Shown here: piece after piece, positions 27,109 to 36,643 of the stretch
Layout: each line of letters opens with the position of its first letter
Position numbering within the stretch: position 1 is the stretch's first letter
Assembly: GCA_964474825.1 (NCBI GenBank)
Contig: CAYYWQ010000001.1
Span: forward strand, 677,609-741,608
Reading direction: 5' to 3'
DNA from: an uncultured Candidatus Saccharibacteria bacterium
Lineage (GTDB): Bacteria > Patescibacteriota > Doudnabacteria > UBA920
DNA: 64,000 nt
Notes under the pieces: model-generated
What the model was told of the DNA's origin: nothing
Seen by the model: the letters and a program-made list of their open reading frames with translations, nothing else
The model's database searches: none
Position numbers and translations under genes: made by a program

Positions 27109-28362
27109 TTAGAGATTAAGAAACTTTCCAAAAAAAGTTACCAGAACTGCAATAGTAATACAAACAGCGGAAACGCGCAAAAACCATTTGGAAAAGCCCT
27201 TGGATATATACTCCCCCATAATGGCCTTGTCTTCAGAAAAACGGATAAGAAAATAGAATATTACAGGAAGCAGCGCGCCGTTTAAATAGTCGGCATATAA
27301 AGTCAGGCCAAATAAATTCACTGCCGGAAACAAGGCGGTAATGACGCCAAGGGCAATTTGTAAAATAAAAAAAGTATAAAACACGCGCCCCTTAGTAAAG
27401 TTGGCGTTAAGCGTGCGCTCGTAGCCAAAAAATTCCGTAAACACATAAGCTGTGGCCAACGGCACAATTGTCAGGCCCAAACAGGAGGCAGCGAACAAAC
27501 CCGTGGCGAATAAACCGTAAGACAAAGCGCCGGCCAAAGGCTTAATGGCCAAGGCCGCGGTTAAGCCGTCGGTTACCACCTGGTGATTAACAAACAAAGT
27601 GTATGTAACGGCTATAGCTATCATCCAGGAAAAAAAGTTGGTAACCAAAGCACCAAAATAAACTTCTGCTCGTGCTTCTTTAATTTGTTCGGGTTTAAGC
27701 CCCTTGTCTGCCACATAGCTGTTAATAAAAAACTGGCCCCAGGCTGTTACCGTGGTTCCCAAAACCGCAATAAGCGCGAACCAGTATTTAAAATCCGTTA
27801 GCTGCACCAGCTGCGGATAGACTAAACTTTCTGTTAAAGCCTGCCCCCAATTTGGATGGACCAAAAACGCGGAGACAACATAGCTGCCGTAAAACAAAAT
27901 AGTGAACAAAAAAATGCGCTGGAGGTTTTTATAATTAAGTTTTATTACCAGCGCTACAAGGAGGGAACAAAAAACAATTAACATTAATTGCCAGGGCAGG
28001 CCGAACAATTGCATGGAGGCTTTTAGGCCGCTGACGTTTTGCAGAACCACGCCTTGGTTTACAACAAAATAAAAAATAAACAGAACAACGGCCACGCGCG
28101 CGCCGTAATGCTCGCGAATTAAATCCCCAAGACCCTTGCCGGTAACAATGGCAATGCGCGCGCCAATCTCCTGGGTAATGGCAAGCAGAATGGTAGTGAG
28201 TATTACAAAATACTGCGAAGCCATACCAAACATGGCGGCGGCCACTGTGTAGGTAGCCACGCCGCCTGCATCGTTGTCGGCCACGGCCGTAATTAGGCCG
28301 GGACCAACAACCATCATGAACAACATGAAGTGGCGTTTAAAATTTTGCCAAAAAGATTTCAT
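27109..28362 (-). CDS. mntH: NRAMP-family divalent metal cation transporter (MntH-like)
   Basis: VVGPGLITAVADNDAGGVATYTVAAAMFG matches the NRAMP TM1 DPGN-type motif. About 11 TM segments. Confidence 0.8.
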   Translation of the reverse strand: MKSFWQNFKRHFMLFMMVVGPGLITAVADNDAGGVATYTVAAAMFGMASQYFVILTTILLAITQEIGARIAIVTGKGLGDLIREHYGARVAVVLFIFYFVVNQGVVLQNVSGLKASMQLFGLPWQLMLIVFCSLLVALVIKLNYKNLQRIFLFTILFYGSYVVSAFLVHPNWGQALTESLVYPQLVQLTDFKYWFALIAVLGTTVTAWGQFFINSYVADKGLKPEQIKEARAEVYFGALVTNFFSWMIAIAVTYTLFVNHQVVTDGLTAALAIKPLAGALSYGLFATGLFAASCLGLTIVPLATAYVFTEFFGYERTLNANFTKGRVFYTFFILQIALGVITALFPAVNLFGLTLYADYLNGALLPVIFYFLIRFSEDKAIMGEYISKGFSKWFLRVSAVCITIAVLVTFFGKFLNL

Positions 28363-28484
28363 AAATATTGCGCCGAGGGCAACGGATTTACTCCGTGACT
28401 GAGGCAGCTTTGTGGTAAGGATGGGATCCCGACCGAGGCGGGATGGTTGGGAAGGGAAACCTATAGGTTTACCTTCCCAAAATT
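28363..28484 (-). promoter_or_regulatory. GC-rich structured leader/intergenic RNA upstream of the NRAMP gene (candidate riboswitch or attenuator, unclassified)
   Basis: On the minus strand: GGGAAGGTAAACC-TAT-AGGTTTCCCTTCCC extended hairpin, then ATCCCG-CCTCGGT-CGGGAT hairpin, then further GC-rich sequence ending about 20 nt before the ATG. Compositionally unlike the neighbouring AT-rich spacers. Confidence 0.3.
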
Positions 28485-29723
28485 TTACGCTGTCGGGAAC
28501 AGCTGTCTCATAACATCATCTATTGTAACAATTCCGAGTAATTTTTTATCTGAGTCTAAAACAGCGGCTGTATATAAATTATAGCGGGTCATAAGCTGAA
28601 TAATTTGGCGGATTTTGTCGTCCGGATGCAAAATAGAAGCCGCAGTTAATTTTTTTGCCAGCTTGCTGACTTTGTATTCCTGAGAAGCCGAAATTAAGCG
28701 GCGCAAACTGACTACACCGGTAAACTTACCCTTCTCGTCTGTAACATAAACGTACACAATGGACCTAAATTCACTGGACTTCTGTTTAATTTCTTCCACA
28801 GCACGCTGTACTGTCCATTCCGGCCTAACAGTAACAAAGTCTACGGTCATAAGCCCCCCGGCAGTGTCATCCCCATAAGAAGACAGCTCGGCAACACTGG
28901 CCGCCCGCCCGCCATGGAGCTTGGACAAAAATTGACGCGACTCCTCGGTAGTAAAAGTTTTTGCCAGGTCCACAATTTCGTCGGTAGACATATATGCCAA
29001 AATTTTTCCAGCTTTGTCAGGTCCTAAATATTTTATTAAAATGTTTTGCCAGGTTGGGTCCACCTCTTCCAAAACTTTAGCCGCGTCACGGTCCCCCAAA
29101 GAAGCCAATAGGCTGCTGCCGCGTTTAACATCCAACTCTTCCACAATATTAGCTAAGTCCGCCGGATGCAAATGCCCCAAGTGTTCAGCCATGGTATTTA
29201 AATGCACCGTACCCTTGTTGTCTACCAGTTGAGCCTGGCGCCAATCTATTAAATTCACCTTAAACGGCCAAGCTATGGCACTGCCAATCCAGCCAAGCCT
29301 GCGCAAAAGGCCCCGAAAACTGGAGTCTATGCCTAGCACGCAAGTACGGTTTTCAAAATTGCCTATTCGTAAATCGTTAACTCGCACCACGCGGGTGCCG
29401 GCCACGTCTACAATTTGCTGGTCTAACACGTCCCGTTTTAAATGAATAAACTGGCGTTCAGGCAAAGCCGGCAACGCAATATGCGTAAATAAATTTTTAA
29501 GTGAAATTTCGCTGGTGGTAAAATTTTCTACGTAATCGTAAGGAACAAATTTTAAAGGCTGGTTGTTGCCGGTTTTGACCACTAAAAATTCCAGTGGGCT
29601 AAAGCTGCCGTTTTTTTGGCTAATTAAAATATCCTCCAGCTTGCCTGCTACGGCGTCTGAGCTGTCGTAAATTTTGTTGTTCAGTAATTCGCTAATGTAG
29701 GGCATAAATGACAAACCACCCAA
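28485..29723 (-). CDS. Soluble MgtE N-terminal domain plus tandem CBS domain protein (no transmembrane transporter domain)
   Basis: HPADLANIVEELDVKRGSSLLASLGDRDAAKVLEEVDP (MgtE_N). Two CBS motifs lie near the C-terminus (VSLRRLISA; LLGIVTIDDVMRQL). No hydrophobic helices. Confidence 0.7.
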   Translation of the reverse strand: MGGLSFMPYISELLNNKIYDSSDAVAGKLEDILISQKNGSFSPLEFLVVKTGNNQPLKFVPYDYVENFTTSEISLKNLFTHIALPALPERQFIHLKRDVLDQQIVDVAGTRVVRVNDLRIGNFENRTCVLGIDSSFRGLLRRLGWIGSAIAWPFKVNLIDWRQAQLVDNKGTVHLNTMAEHLGHLHPADLANIVEELDVKRGSSLLASLGDRDAAKVLEEVDPTWQNILIKYLGPDKAGKILAYMSTDEIVDLAKTFTTEESRQFLSKLHGGRAASVAELSSYGDDTAGGLMTVDFVTVRPEWTVQRAVEEIKQKSSEFRSIVYVYVTDEKGKFTGVVSLRRLISASQEYKVSKLAKKLTAASILHPDDKIRQIIQLMTRYNLYTAAVLDSDKKLLGIVTIDDVMRQLFPTA

Positions 29724-29770
29724 ATTAAAACAGCCATCTGTTTATAAAAACCACCAATGCTGTGGCTAAA

Positions 29771-30331
29771 TTATAACATATCTCTAAGGATTTTTCTATC
29801 TAGAATAATGCGTTCCAACAATTTTTGATTGACCAAAACCAAATCCTGTTTGCCTTTAGCCCAAAGCAGCGCGGGCAAGCTAAAATTGCCTGAGGTAATG
29901 AGCATGACTTTGTCAAAATGTTCAGCCCACTTAACCCCGTAAAGGTCGCGTACCTCCGGTTCGCCGACTAGCCACTTGTCATATTTTTTGCACTGAATGC
30001 CAATACGGCGTCCCTGGTATTCCGCCACTACATCTATACCGTGGTCCCCCTGCTGCCCTCTGTGTTTGGCCTTTGCCCCAACACTTAAGAGTAATTGCAC
30101 CACCCATTGTTCAAAACCCTGGCCGCTTAAATTTTGCACAATATGCGAAGTGTCACGGTTGCGCAAAAATATTTCACGAAAATGCTTTTTGGTAAAATGC
30201 CATTTTAAGACCAGGCCTAAAATTACTACAACTGCCAAAGCCGCCAGCATCCACAGCGCAGGCACAAGCGGCGACAATAAATCCTGGTTGCGCGGCGCGC
30301 CGACCTGATATGTAAATTCCACTACAAACAT
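29771..30331 (-). CDS. Membrane-anchored restriction-endonuclease-like (Mrr_cat) domain protein
   Basis: N-terminal TM segment, then GQQGDHGIDVVAEYQGRRIGIQCKKY, matching the Mrr catalytic core (D...D/E-x-K within GIDxx...QCKxY). Confidence 0.6.
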   Translation of the reverse strand: MFVVEFTYQVGAPRNQDLLSPLVPALWMLAALAVVVILGLVLKWHFTKKHFREIFLRNRDTSHIVQNLSGQGFEQWVVQLLLSVGAKAKHRGQQGDHGIDVVAEYQGRRIGIQCKKYDKWLVGEPEVRDLYGVKWAEHFDKVMLITSGNFSLPALLWAKGKQDLVLVNQKLLERIILDRKILRDML

Positions 30332-30400
30332 GAATACATTATATCACTAAAATGATACAATACTTAAGCCAAAATCTGCTTATTAGTCGTATAAATTTAT

Positions 30401-31699
30401 ATGAAGAAATTTCTGCTCTACGGGTTATTGCTTTGCAACCTGGTAATAATTGCTGTTTTGTGGTGGGAGGGCTCCGGTTTTATGTGGACCCTAGGCTCAT
30501 CCGGCAAGCTTATAGCTTTGGGCCGTATTGCCGGACTACTCCTGGAATTTACGATTTTACTGCAGCTACTTTTAATTGGCCGCGTGCCCTGGATAGAGCG
30601 GATTTTTGGCCATGACAAATTAAACCGCCTGCATAGGCTTATTGGCTACAGCGTAAGCAGCCTGCTCATTACCCACCCCCTGCTTTTAATATTTGGCTAT
30701 GCCCAAATTAACCAGTTTTCCCTGTGGCGGCAATTTTTGGATTTTTGGTTTCATTGGGAAGACGCATGGAAAGCCGCGGTGGCTCTGGTAATATTTTTGT
30801 CCATAATATTTATTTCAATTGCTGTGGTGCGGAGAAAACTTCGCTACGAAACCTGGCATGGTATTCACTTGCTAATGTATGTTGCTATTTTCTTGGTGTT
30901 TGGTCACCAAATTAACACGGCCGATGTTTCCTCGGGACAACCCCTTTACTATTGGTATGTTTTAAATTTCTCGGTCTTTGGGCTAGTCCTATTATATAGA
31001 TGGCTAAGGCCGCTGTGGCTGTTTTACAAACATAAGTTTAGTGTGGCAGATATTAAAAGAGAAACTCTAGACGTTGTGTCTGTCTATATTAATGGGAATG
31101 ATTTGGGAAAATACAAATTCCAAGCCGGGCAATTTGCCAACTTGACCTTCTTAAAAAAAGGGATGTGGTTCACGCACCCGTTTTCTTTTTCTAAAGCGCC
31201 AGATGGAAAAACTTTGCGCTTCTCCGTTAAAGCAAGTGGCGATTTTACAAACCAGGTTAGCAGCTTGCCTCTGGGAACAAAAGTAATAATAGACGGCCCT
31301 TTAGGAACTTTTACTGCCAAATCCGCCCGGGCAAATAAATTCCTGCTTTTAGCCGCAGGCATTGGCATAACTCCTCTAAGGGCCCTGGCACAGGAACTGG
31401 CTGATGAGGAGCGTGATGCTATTCTAATTTATGGAAATAAAACTGAAAGTGATATTGCTTTTAAACCAGAGCTGGCTAAATTAAATATAAAAAAATACTT
31501 TTTATTGTCGCGGCAGCATTTAACCAATTTTGAACACGGACGGCTTAGCCACGAAAAAATTTCGCGGTTAGTGCCCGATTATAAAGAACGGGAAATTTAC
31601 ATTTGCGGCCCGGACGAAATGATAAAAAGGACGCGCGATGAACTGCTAAAATCCGGTGTCGCTAAAAAACAAATCCACTATGAGAGGTTTGCTTACTAA
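30401..31699 (+). CDS. Ferric-reductase-like transmembrane oxidoreductase (FRE/NOX-type; heme-binding 6-TM domain plus FAD/NAD(P)-binding domain)
   Basis: His-containing TM helices (HRLIGY, HGIHLLMY, GHQIN), the FAD motif HPFSFS, and the NAD(P) motif GIGITP with a C-terminal CGP. Confidence 0.8.
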   Translation: MKKFLLYGLLLCNLVIIAVLWWEGSGFMWTLGSSGKLIALGRIAGLLLEFTILLQLLLIGRVPWIERIFGHDKLNRLHRLIGYSVSSLLITHPLLLIFGYAQINQFSLWRQFLDFWFHWEDAWKAAVALVIFLSIIFISIAVVRRKLRYETWHGIHLLMYVAIFLVFGHQINTADVSSGQPLYYWYVLNFSVFGLVLLYRWLRPLWLFYKHKFSVADIKRETLDVVSVYINGNDLGKYKFQAGQFANLTFLKKGMWFTHPFSFSKAPDGKTLRFSVKASGDFTNQVSSLPLGTKVIIDGPLGTFTAKSARANKFLLLAAGIGITPLRALAQELADEERDAILIYGNKTESDIAFKPELAKLNIKKYFLLSRQHLTNFEHGRLSHEKISRLVPDYKEREIYICGPDEMIKRTRDELLKSGVAKKQIHYERFAY

Positions 31700-31834
31700 C
31701 CCCCCAAAACTTTTTGAAAAAAATTCAGGCGAGTGATAAATTTCTTTTGGTTGTAAAATAAAATAAATCTTCCACCTATTTAAAAAAAGTTTAGTGGGGT
31801 AAACAAACAGCTATTGTGATATAATAAAATCAAG

Positions 31835-32398
31835 ATGCAAAATCAAACAGACGAACAATTAGTTAAAGCTTATTTAAAAGGCAACGAACAGGCCTTGGAG
31901 CTCTTAGTAGAGAGGTATTTATCCCCTCTTTATAATTTTGCCTTTAAATATGTCCACACCCCGGCAGCAGCCGAAGACGTAGTACAGGAAGCTTTGGTAA
32001 AAATTTGGAAGAATATAAACAAATTCAATAAAAAATTTAAATTCAAAACCTGGGCATACACCATTACTAAAAACACGGCTTTAGATCACTTAAAGAAAAA
32101 AGGGATGGTTGCGGTGCCCGAAGGCACGGACGAGCAGCATAGCCAGCTTTTAGAAGCCTTGGTGTCACACGACCCGCTGCCTCAGCAGGCTATGGAGGCC
32201 ATAGATAATGCGGTAATGGTTAAAACCGCTGTAGCCAAGTTACCAGGCAAATACCGCCAAATAATTTCTCTGTACTACGACCAGGGCTTTAATTTCCGTG
32301 AAATTGCCCAGAATTTAAAAGAGTCTATTAACACCATAAAAACCCGCCACAGAAGGGCTGTTCTCTATTTAAAAAAACAAATAGTCAGTAAAGATTAG
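31835..32398 (+). CDS. ECF-subfamily RNA polymerase sigma-70 factor
   Basis: Region 2 (VVQEALVKIWKNINKFN...FKTWAYTITKNTALDHLK) and region 4 HTH (FREIAQNLKESINTIKTRHRRAVLYLK). Confidence 0.85.
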   Translation: MQNQTDEQLVKAYLKGNEQALELLVERYLSPLYNFAFKYVHTPAAAEDVVQEALVKIWKNINKFNKKFKFKTWAYTITKNTALDHLKKKGMVAVPEGTDEQHSQLLEALVSHDPLPQQAMEAIDNAVMVKTAVAKLPGKYRQIISLYYDQGFNFREIAQNLKESINTIKTRHRRAVLYLKKQIVSKD

Positions 32399-32420
32399 CC
32401 GGGTGTTTTGTTAATTTTTT

Positions 32421-32443
32421 AGGCCTAACAAGGCCTTTTTTTT
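32421..32443 (+). terminator. Rho-independent terminator
   Basis: AGGCC-TAACA-AGGCC followed by TTTTTTTT. Confidence 0.7.
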
Positions 32444-32484
32444 AATGAACCTAATCACCGCCATTTTACGTATAATAACCACTT

Positions 32485-32862
32485 ATGAGCCAGCTAACTC
32501 CCCCGCCAAAACTTTATAACCAGATACTGGAAGAAATCCGCTACCAGGAAAGTTTGGCCAAACTGAAAAGGAAAATTTTGACCTGGATTATTGGTCTGTC
32601 ACTTTCCTGGGTGGCTTTTTTATTACTGCTGAAAAATTTTTCCCAGGAAGCAGGACGGAGCGGTTTTGGCGATTTAAGTTTTTTAATAATTAGTGACTTC
32701 TCAGAAATTAAAATTCATTTTTACGATTACATACTCTCCCTCGCCGAAAGCCTGCCGCTTATTAGCCTAACCCTTTTGGCTTTAATGCTTTTAATTGTAA
32801 TTATTGCGGCAATTAAACTCACCTCTTCCGCTTGGGAGTTAAAAAAACTTCGGGTTGGTTAA
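32485..32862 (+). CDS. Putative membrane-bound anti-sigma factor (partner of the upstream ECF sigma)
   Basis: 125-aa protein with a short cytoplasmic N-terminus and TM segments, immediately downstream of the ECF sigma. Assignment is by context only. Confidence 0.45.
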   Translation: MSQLTPPPKLYNQILEEIRYQESLAKLKRKILTWIIGLSLSWVAFLLLLKNFSQEAGRSGFGDLSFLIISDFSEIKIHFYDYILSLAESLPLISLTLLALMLLIVIIAAIKLTSSAWELKKLRVG

Positions 32863-32882
32863 TAGTCCCGGCCTTCCTAGGT

Positions 32883-32988
32883 GTCATTCCGAGCGAGTGC
32901 ATCCGAAGCAAGAAATCCCTAATGTCCGATAATTTCCAGGTTTAAGGGATCCCTCCGCTCCTCGGATGTACTCGTCGGTCGGAATAAC
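32883..32988. repeat. Long imperfect inverted repeat (about 26-bp arms, about 50-nt spacer) overlapping the annotated start of the next ORF
   Basis: Left arm GTCATTCCGAGCGAGTGCATCCGAAG. Right arm CTCGGATGTACTCGTCGGTCGGAATAAC, whose reverse complement matches the left arm with a few mismatches. The inner GGGATCCC palindrome sits at 32946..32953. Confidence 0.45.
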
Positions 32989-33454
32989 ACACGAAAAAAA
33001 TATTATGGAACTTCACGAAATAATTGTGTCTAAAAATTTCCGGCGCGGTATAGAAATTGCCGTAGCTGTTTTGGTTTTACTTGTTGTTTTTGGCACCGGC
33101 GTTTTTGTTGGACTCGAGAAAGCACGCTTCTCCTACCGCTGGGGCGAAAATTATTTCCGCAATTTTGCAGGGCCCAGGCCAATGTCCCTTGACCGCGGCT
33201 ACTTAAACGCCCACGGCATAGCCGGTGCTATTTTAAAAATTGGAGAAGACGGCTTAGTTATTCAGGACAAAGACGGCGACGAAAGAAATATTTTAATTAC
33301 CGAGCAAACAATGATTAAACGAGGACCAACCAGCGCTAACATTACTCAGCTAAAAACCGGCGAATATATTGTAAGCATTGGTTCCCCAAACAACGAAGGA
33401 GAAATTAACGCCAAATTTATCCGCATAATGCCCGGCCCCCCTCTTTCCTATTAA
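32966..33454 (+). CDS. Hypothetical membrane-anchored protein. The real start is probably the internal Met (MELHEII..., about 33005).
   Basis: TM segment IEIAVAVLVLLVVFGTGVFVGL. No motifs. The annotated 5' end overlaps the inverted repeat. Confidence 0.45.
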   Translation: MYSSVGITHEKNIMELHEIIVSKNFRRGIEIAVAVLVLLVVFGTGVFVGLEKARFSYRWGENYFRNFAGPRPMSLDRGYLNAHGIAGAILKIGEDGLVIQDKDGDERNILITEQTMIKRGPTSANITQLKTGEYIVSIGSPNNEGEINAKFIRIMPGPPLSY

Positions 33455-33472
33455 TTTAATTAAATTTTTACA

Positions 33473-35137
33473 ATGCCTAAAATCACAACTTATTTAAAGG
33501 AACACAAAATCCCGACTATTATTACGGCAGTTGTAATTATTTTAATTGGTTATTTTTGGTACCAAAAAACCCACACTACTGCCGCTACTATAAAATATGT
33601 TACCGCAGCCGCGCAAAACGACACAGTAATAGCAACTATTACGGGCACTGGCCAGGTTCAGGCACTAAACCAATTGGACGTTAAACCTCAGACGGATGGA
33701 CGACTAACTTCCCTCAGCGTGCAATTAAACCAACAAGTAAAAAAAGGACAGACTTTGGGAGTAATTGACCAACAAACCGCGGCCAACAGCACAGCCCAAG
33801 CTCGCGCATCGCTTCAGCAGGCCCAGGCCAATTACGACAAGCTAATTGCCGGCGCAACACAAAACACTATAAATGGCCAAAAACTTTCCATTGAATCCGC
33901 GCAGCAAGCCTTGGACCAAGCGAAAAAAGATTACACGCTCACCGTAAAACAACAGCAGCAAGCCGTGGAAAAAGCTTATTCCGATTTACTAAACAGCGGA
34001 CTTGAGGCAGACCCAAGCGATATACAATCTTCGGCTACGGTCAGCGTTAGCGGCAACTACATAGGGAAAGAAAAGGGCCAATATGTAATTACTTTATACA
34101 ACTCGGGCGATGGCGTTCATTATAGCGCCGCGGGTTTAGGAACAGGCACCGGTTCTATTAAACCAGGACTGGCGCAGCCTATTGGCAACGGACTGTATAT
34201 AACTTTTAGCAGCTCCTCCATAAATGTCCAAACTAAATGGACAATAGATGTGCCTAATATAAAAGGCAGCAGTTATTTAGGGAACTTAAACAGCTATAAC
34301 ACTGCGCTGCAAAACCAACAGCAAGCAATAGATAAAGCGCAAAATACAATTAACTCCGACCAGAACGCCTTAGACAAAGCCAACCTGTCCCTCCAGACAA
34401 CCGTAGAGCCTCCAACGGCGGCGGACATTGCCTCAGCCAAGGCGCAAATTACTTCAGCCCAAGCCCAACTGGCAAATGCACAAACCGCTTACAGTAATAC
34501 CATACTGACCGCGCCTTTTGACGGCGTTATTGCCACTTTAAATTTTTCAGCCGGAGACAAGCTTACGGCCGGCAGCGTTTTTGCCACTATTATTACCAAC
34601 CAGCAAGTGGCCAAAATTACTTTAAATGAAGTTGATGTTGCCAAAATTAAATTGGGACAAAAAGCCACGCTGACCTTTGACGCAATTGACGGCTTGCAAA
34701 TTGCCGGAACCGTGGCGCAAATAGACACACTCGGAACGGTAAGCCAAGGCGTGGTTACTTACGGGGTAAAAATTGCAATGGACACTTCTGACCCTGCCGT
34801 TAAACCGGGAATGAGCGTGAGCGCCTCTATAATTACGGCTGTTGCCGCAGATGTTTTAACTGTGCCAAACGCCGCCGTAAAATCTAATGCCTCTGGAAAT
34901 TATGTACAAATTTTAGGTAGTGACGGCAAACCGGAAAATAAAGTTGTAACAATAGGCTTGGCCGATAACAGTAATACCCAAATTACAGACGGACTAAACG
35001 CGGGCGACCAGGTAGTAACCCAAACTATTAATTCCACCGCAGCCACAACAAATACTTCATCTTCCAGCTTACGTCTCCCCGGGCTCGGCGGAGGCAACGC
35101 GGGATTTACCGGAGCTGTTAGAATTCAGGCAAGATAA
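33473..35137 (+). CDS. Efflux-pump periplasmic adaptor (HlyD/MacA-type membrane fusion protein) with a long Gln/Ala-rich coiled coil
   Basis: N-terminal TM anchor, the biotin-lipoyl-like half motifs DGRLTSLSVQLNQQVKKGQTLGVID and ILTAPFDGVIATLNFSAGDKL, and a long coiled-coil hairpin. Confidence 0.8.
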   Translation: MPKITTYLKEHKIPTIITAVVIILIGYFWYQKTHTTAATIKYVTAAAQNDTVIATITGTGQVQALNQLDVKPQTDGRLTSLSVQLNQQVKKGQTLGVIDQQTAANSTAQARASLQQAQANYDKLIAGATQNTINGQKLSIESAQQALDQAKKDYTLTVKQQQQAVEKAYSDLLNSGLEADPSDIQSSATVSVSGNYIGKEKGQYVITLYNSGDGVHYSAAGLGTGTGSIKPGLAQPIGNGLYITFSSSSINVQTKWTIDVPNIKGSSYLGNLNSYNTALQNQQQAIDKAQNTINSDQNALDKANLSLQTTVEPPTAADIASAKAQITSAQAQLANAQTAYSNTILTAPFDGVIATLNFSAGDKLTAGSVFATIITNQQVAKITLNEVDVAKIKLGQKATLTFDAIDGLQIAGTVAQIDTLGTVSQGVVTYGVKIAMDTSDPAVKPGMSVSASIITAVAADVLTVPNAAVKSNASGNYVQILGSDGKPENKVVTIGLADNSNTQITDGLNAGDQVVTQTINSTAATTNTSSSSLRLPGLGGGNAGFTGAVRIQAR

Positions 35138-35143
35138 CCCCTA

Positions 35144-36382
35144 ATGACCACTTTGGATTTAATAAAAGAATCATATGTTGCCCTGGCGGCAAATAAGGTC
35201 CGCTCCGGCCTGACCATGCTTGGGATTATTATTGGCATTGGCAGCGTAATTGCCATGGTCGCCATTGGCCAGGGCGCGCAAGCTTCCATTAATGCCAATA
35301 TTTCTTCTTTAGGCTCTAACTTAATAATTGTAAGTCCGGGCGCACAGCGTGGCCCTGGTGTCACTGTAAGCGCGGGCTTAGGCAGCGCGCAAAGCTTAAC
35401 CCTTGCCGACCAACAAGCTATTAGTTCGCAAATCAGCCTGGCCAAAGCAGTGGACGGCGAACAGCAGCGCCGTTTCCAAGTCACTGCCAAAGGAACGAAT
35501 ACAAACACAACAGTAATCGGTACGGACGATAATTATCCTATTGTCAGAAACGTAAATATAGACAGTGGCTCGTTCATTACCGCGCAAAATGTAAAAGACT
35601 CTTCCAAAGTCGCGGTTTTAGGACCGACCACCCGTGACAATTTATTTGGCGAAGGTGCGGATGCCTTAGGACAAACCATTCGTATTAGCGGAATCCAATT
35701 TAAAGTTATTGGCATTACAAAATCCAAAGGCGGCAGTGGTTTTTTTAACCAGGACGACACTATTTTTATACCCCTGTCCGTTTCTCAGCACTATTTAGCA
35801 GGGCCAAACCAAAATGGCCAGCCTTACTTAAGCAGTATTGCCATTTCAGCCCAAAGTCCGGAAGTCATGACAACAGTGCAGCAACAAGTAACGGAGCTCT
35901 TACTTGAGCGCCACAAAATTTCTGAAGCGGCACAAGCAGATTTTACAGTTCAAAATCAGGCGGACATAGTTTCCGCCGCCTCGTCCGTAACAAATACTTT
36001 TACAATGCTTCTGGCTAGCATTGCCGGAATTTCTTTATTGGTCGGCGGCATTGGGATTATGAACATGATGCTGACAACCGTAACTGAACGCACGCGCGAG
36101 ATTGGACTTCGCAAAGCCGTGGGCGCCACTGCCTCCAACATTAACCTGCAATTTTTAATTGAAGCGGTGCTGCTGACTTTTTTGGGCGGAGGAATTGGTA
36201 TAGTCCTGGGCTGGCTATTGGCTGCCTTACTCTCAAAATTCGGAGGACTAACCACTTCTATCTCGGGATCTTCCGTTCTTTTGGCTTTTGGGGTTTCCGC
36301 AGCTATTGGTTTAATTTTTGGTTACTACCCCGCCCGCCGCGCCTCCAAATTAAATCCTATTGAGGCATTACATTTTGAATAA
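35144..36382 (+). CDS. ABC-transporter permease of the MacB/FtsX family (periplasmic MacB_PCD domain plus C-terminal FtsX 4-TM domain). No ATPase domain.
   Basis: N-terminal TM, then a ~230-aa extracytoplasmic domain, then a C-terminal FtsX-like helix bundle (REIGLRKAVGAT....). No Walker motifs. Confidence 0.8.
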   Translation: MTTLDLIKESYVALAANKVRSGLTMLGIIIGIGSVIAMVAIGQGAQASINANISSLGSNLIIVSPGAQRGPGVTVSAGLGSAQSLTLADQQAISSQISLAKAVDGEQQRRFQVTAKGTNTNTTVIGTDDNYPIVRNVNIDSGSFITAQNVKDSSKVAVLGPTTRDNLFGEGADALGQTIRISGIQFKVIGITKSKGGSGFFNQDDTIFIPLSVSQHYLAGPNQNGQPYLSSIAISAQSPEVMTTVQQQVTELLLERHKISEAAQADFTVQNQADIVSAASSVTNTFTMLLASIAGISLLVGGIGIMNMMLTTVTERTREIGLRKAVGATASNINLQFLIEAVLLTFLGGGIGIVLGWLLAALLSKFGGLTTSISGSSVLLAFGVSAAIGLIFGYYPARRASKLNPIEALHFE

Positions 36383-36451
36383 TCCTGCTTGGGGGGACAT
36401 CTTATTGCAACTTTAAAACTTGCAATGGATGCCCGCCTGATCAGGAATATT

Positions 36452-36614
36452 TAGAAGCTATTTTAAAAATAATTTGTAGGCGAAATTGTCAGAATTTTGA
36501 GCAGATTGGGCCAAATAAATTTTGATGTTTAACTATAGTTAAGCGGAAAAATTTTTTGGGCCAAGATGCCGAAATTCTGACAATTGCAGCCCAAAGGATT
36601 TTTAAGATAGCTTC
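36452..36614. repeat. Palindromic double copy (B', inverted, 36452..36545; B, direct, 36546..36614) of the ~85-nt element also found at 22031..22114
   Basis: See the element at 22031..22114. Both copies end with TTTTTAAGATAGCTTCT facing outward. The direct copy ends about 30 nt upstream of the 36644 start codon. Confidence 0.5.
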
Positions 36615-36643
36615 TAACTGATCTTAATAATTAACAAACAATA

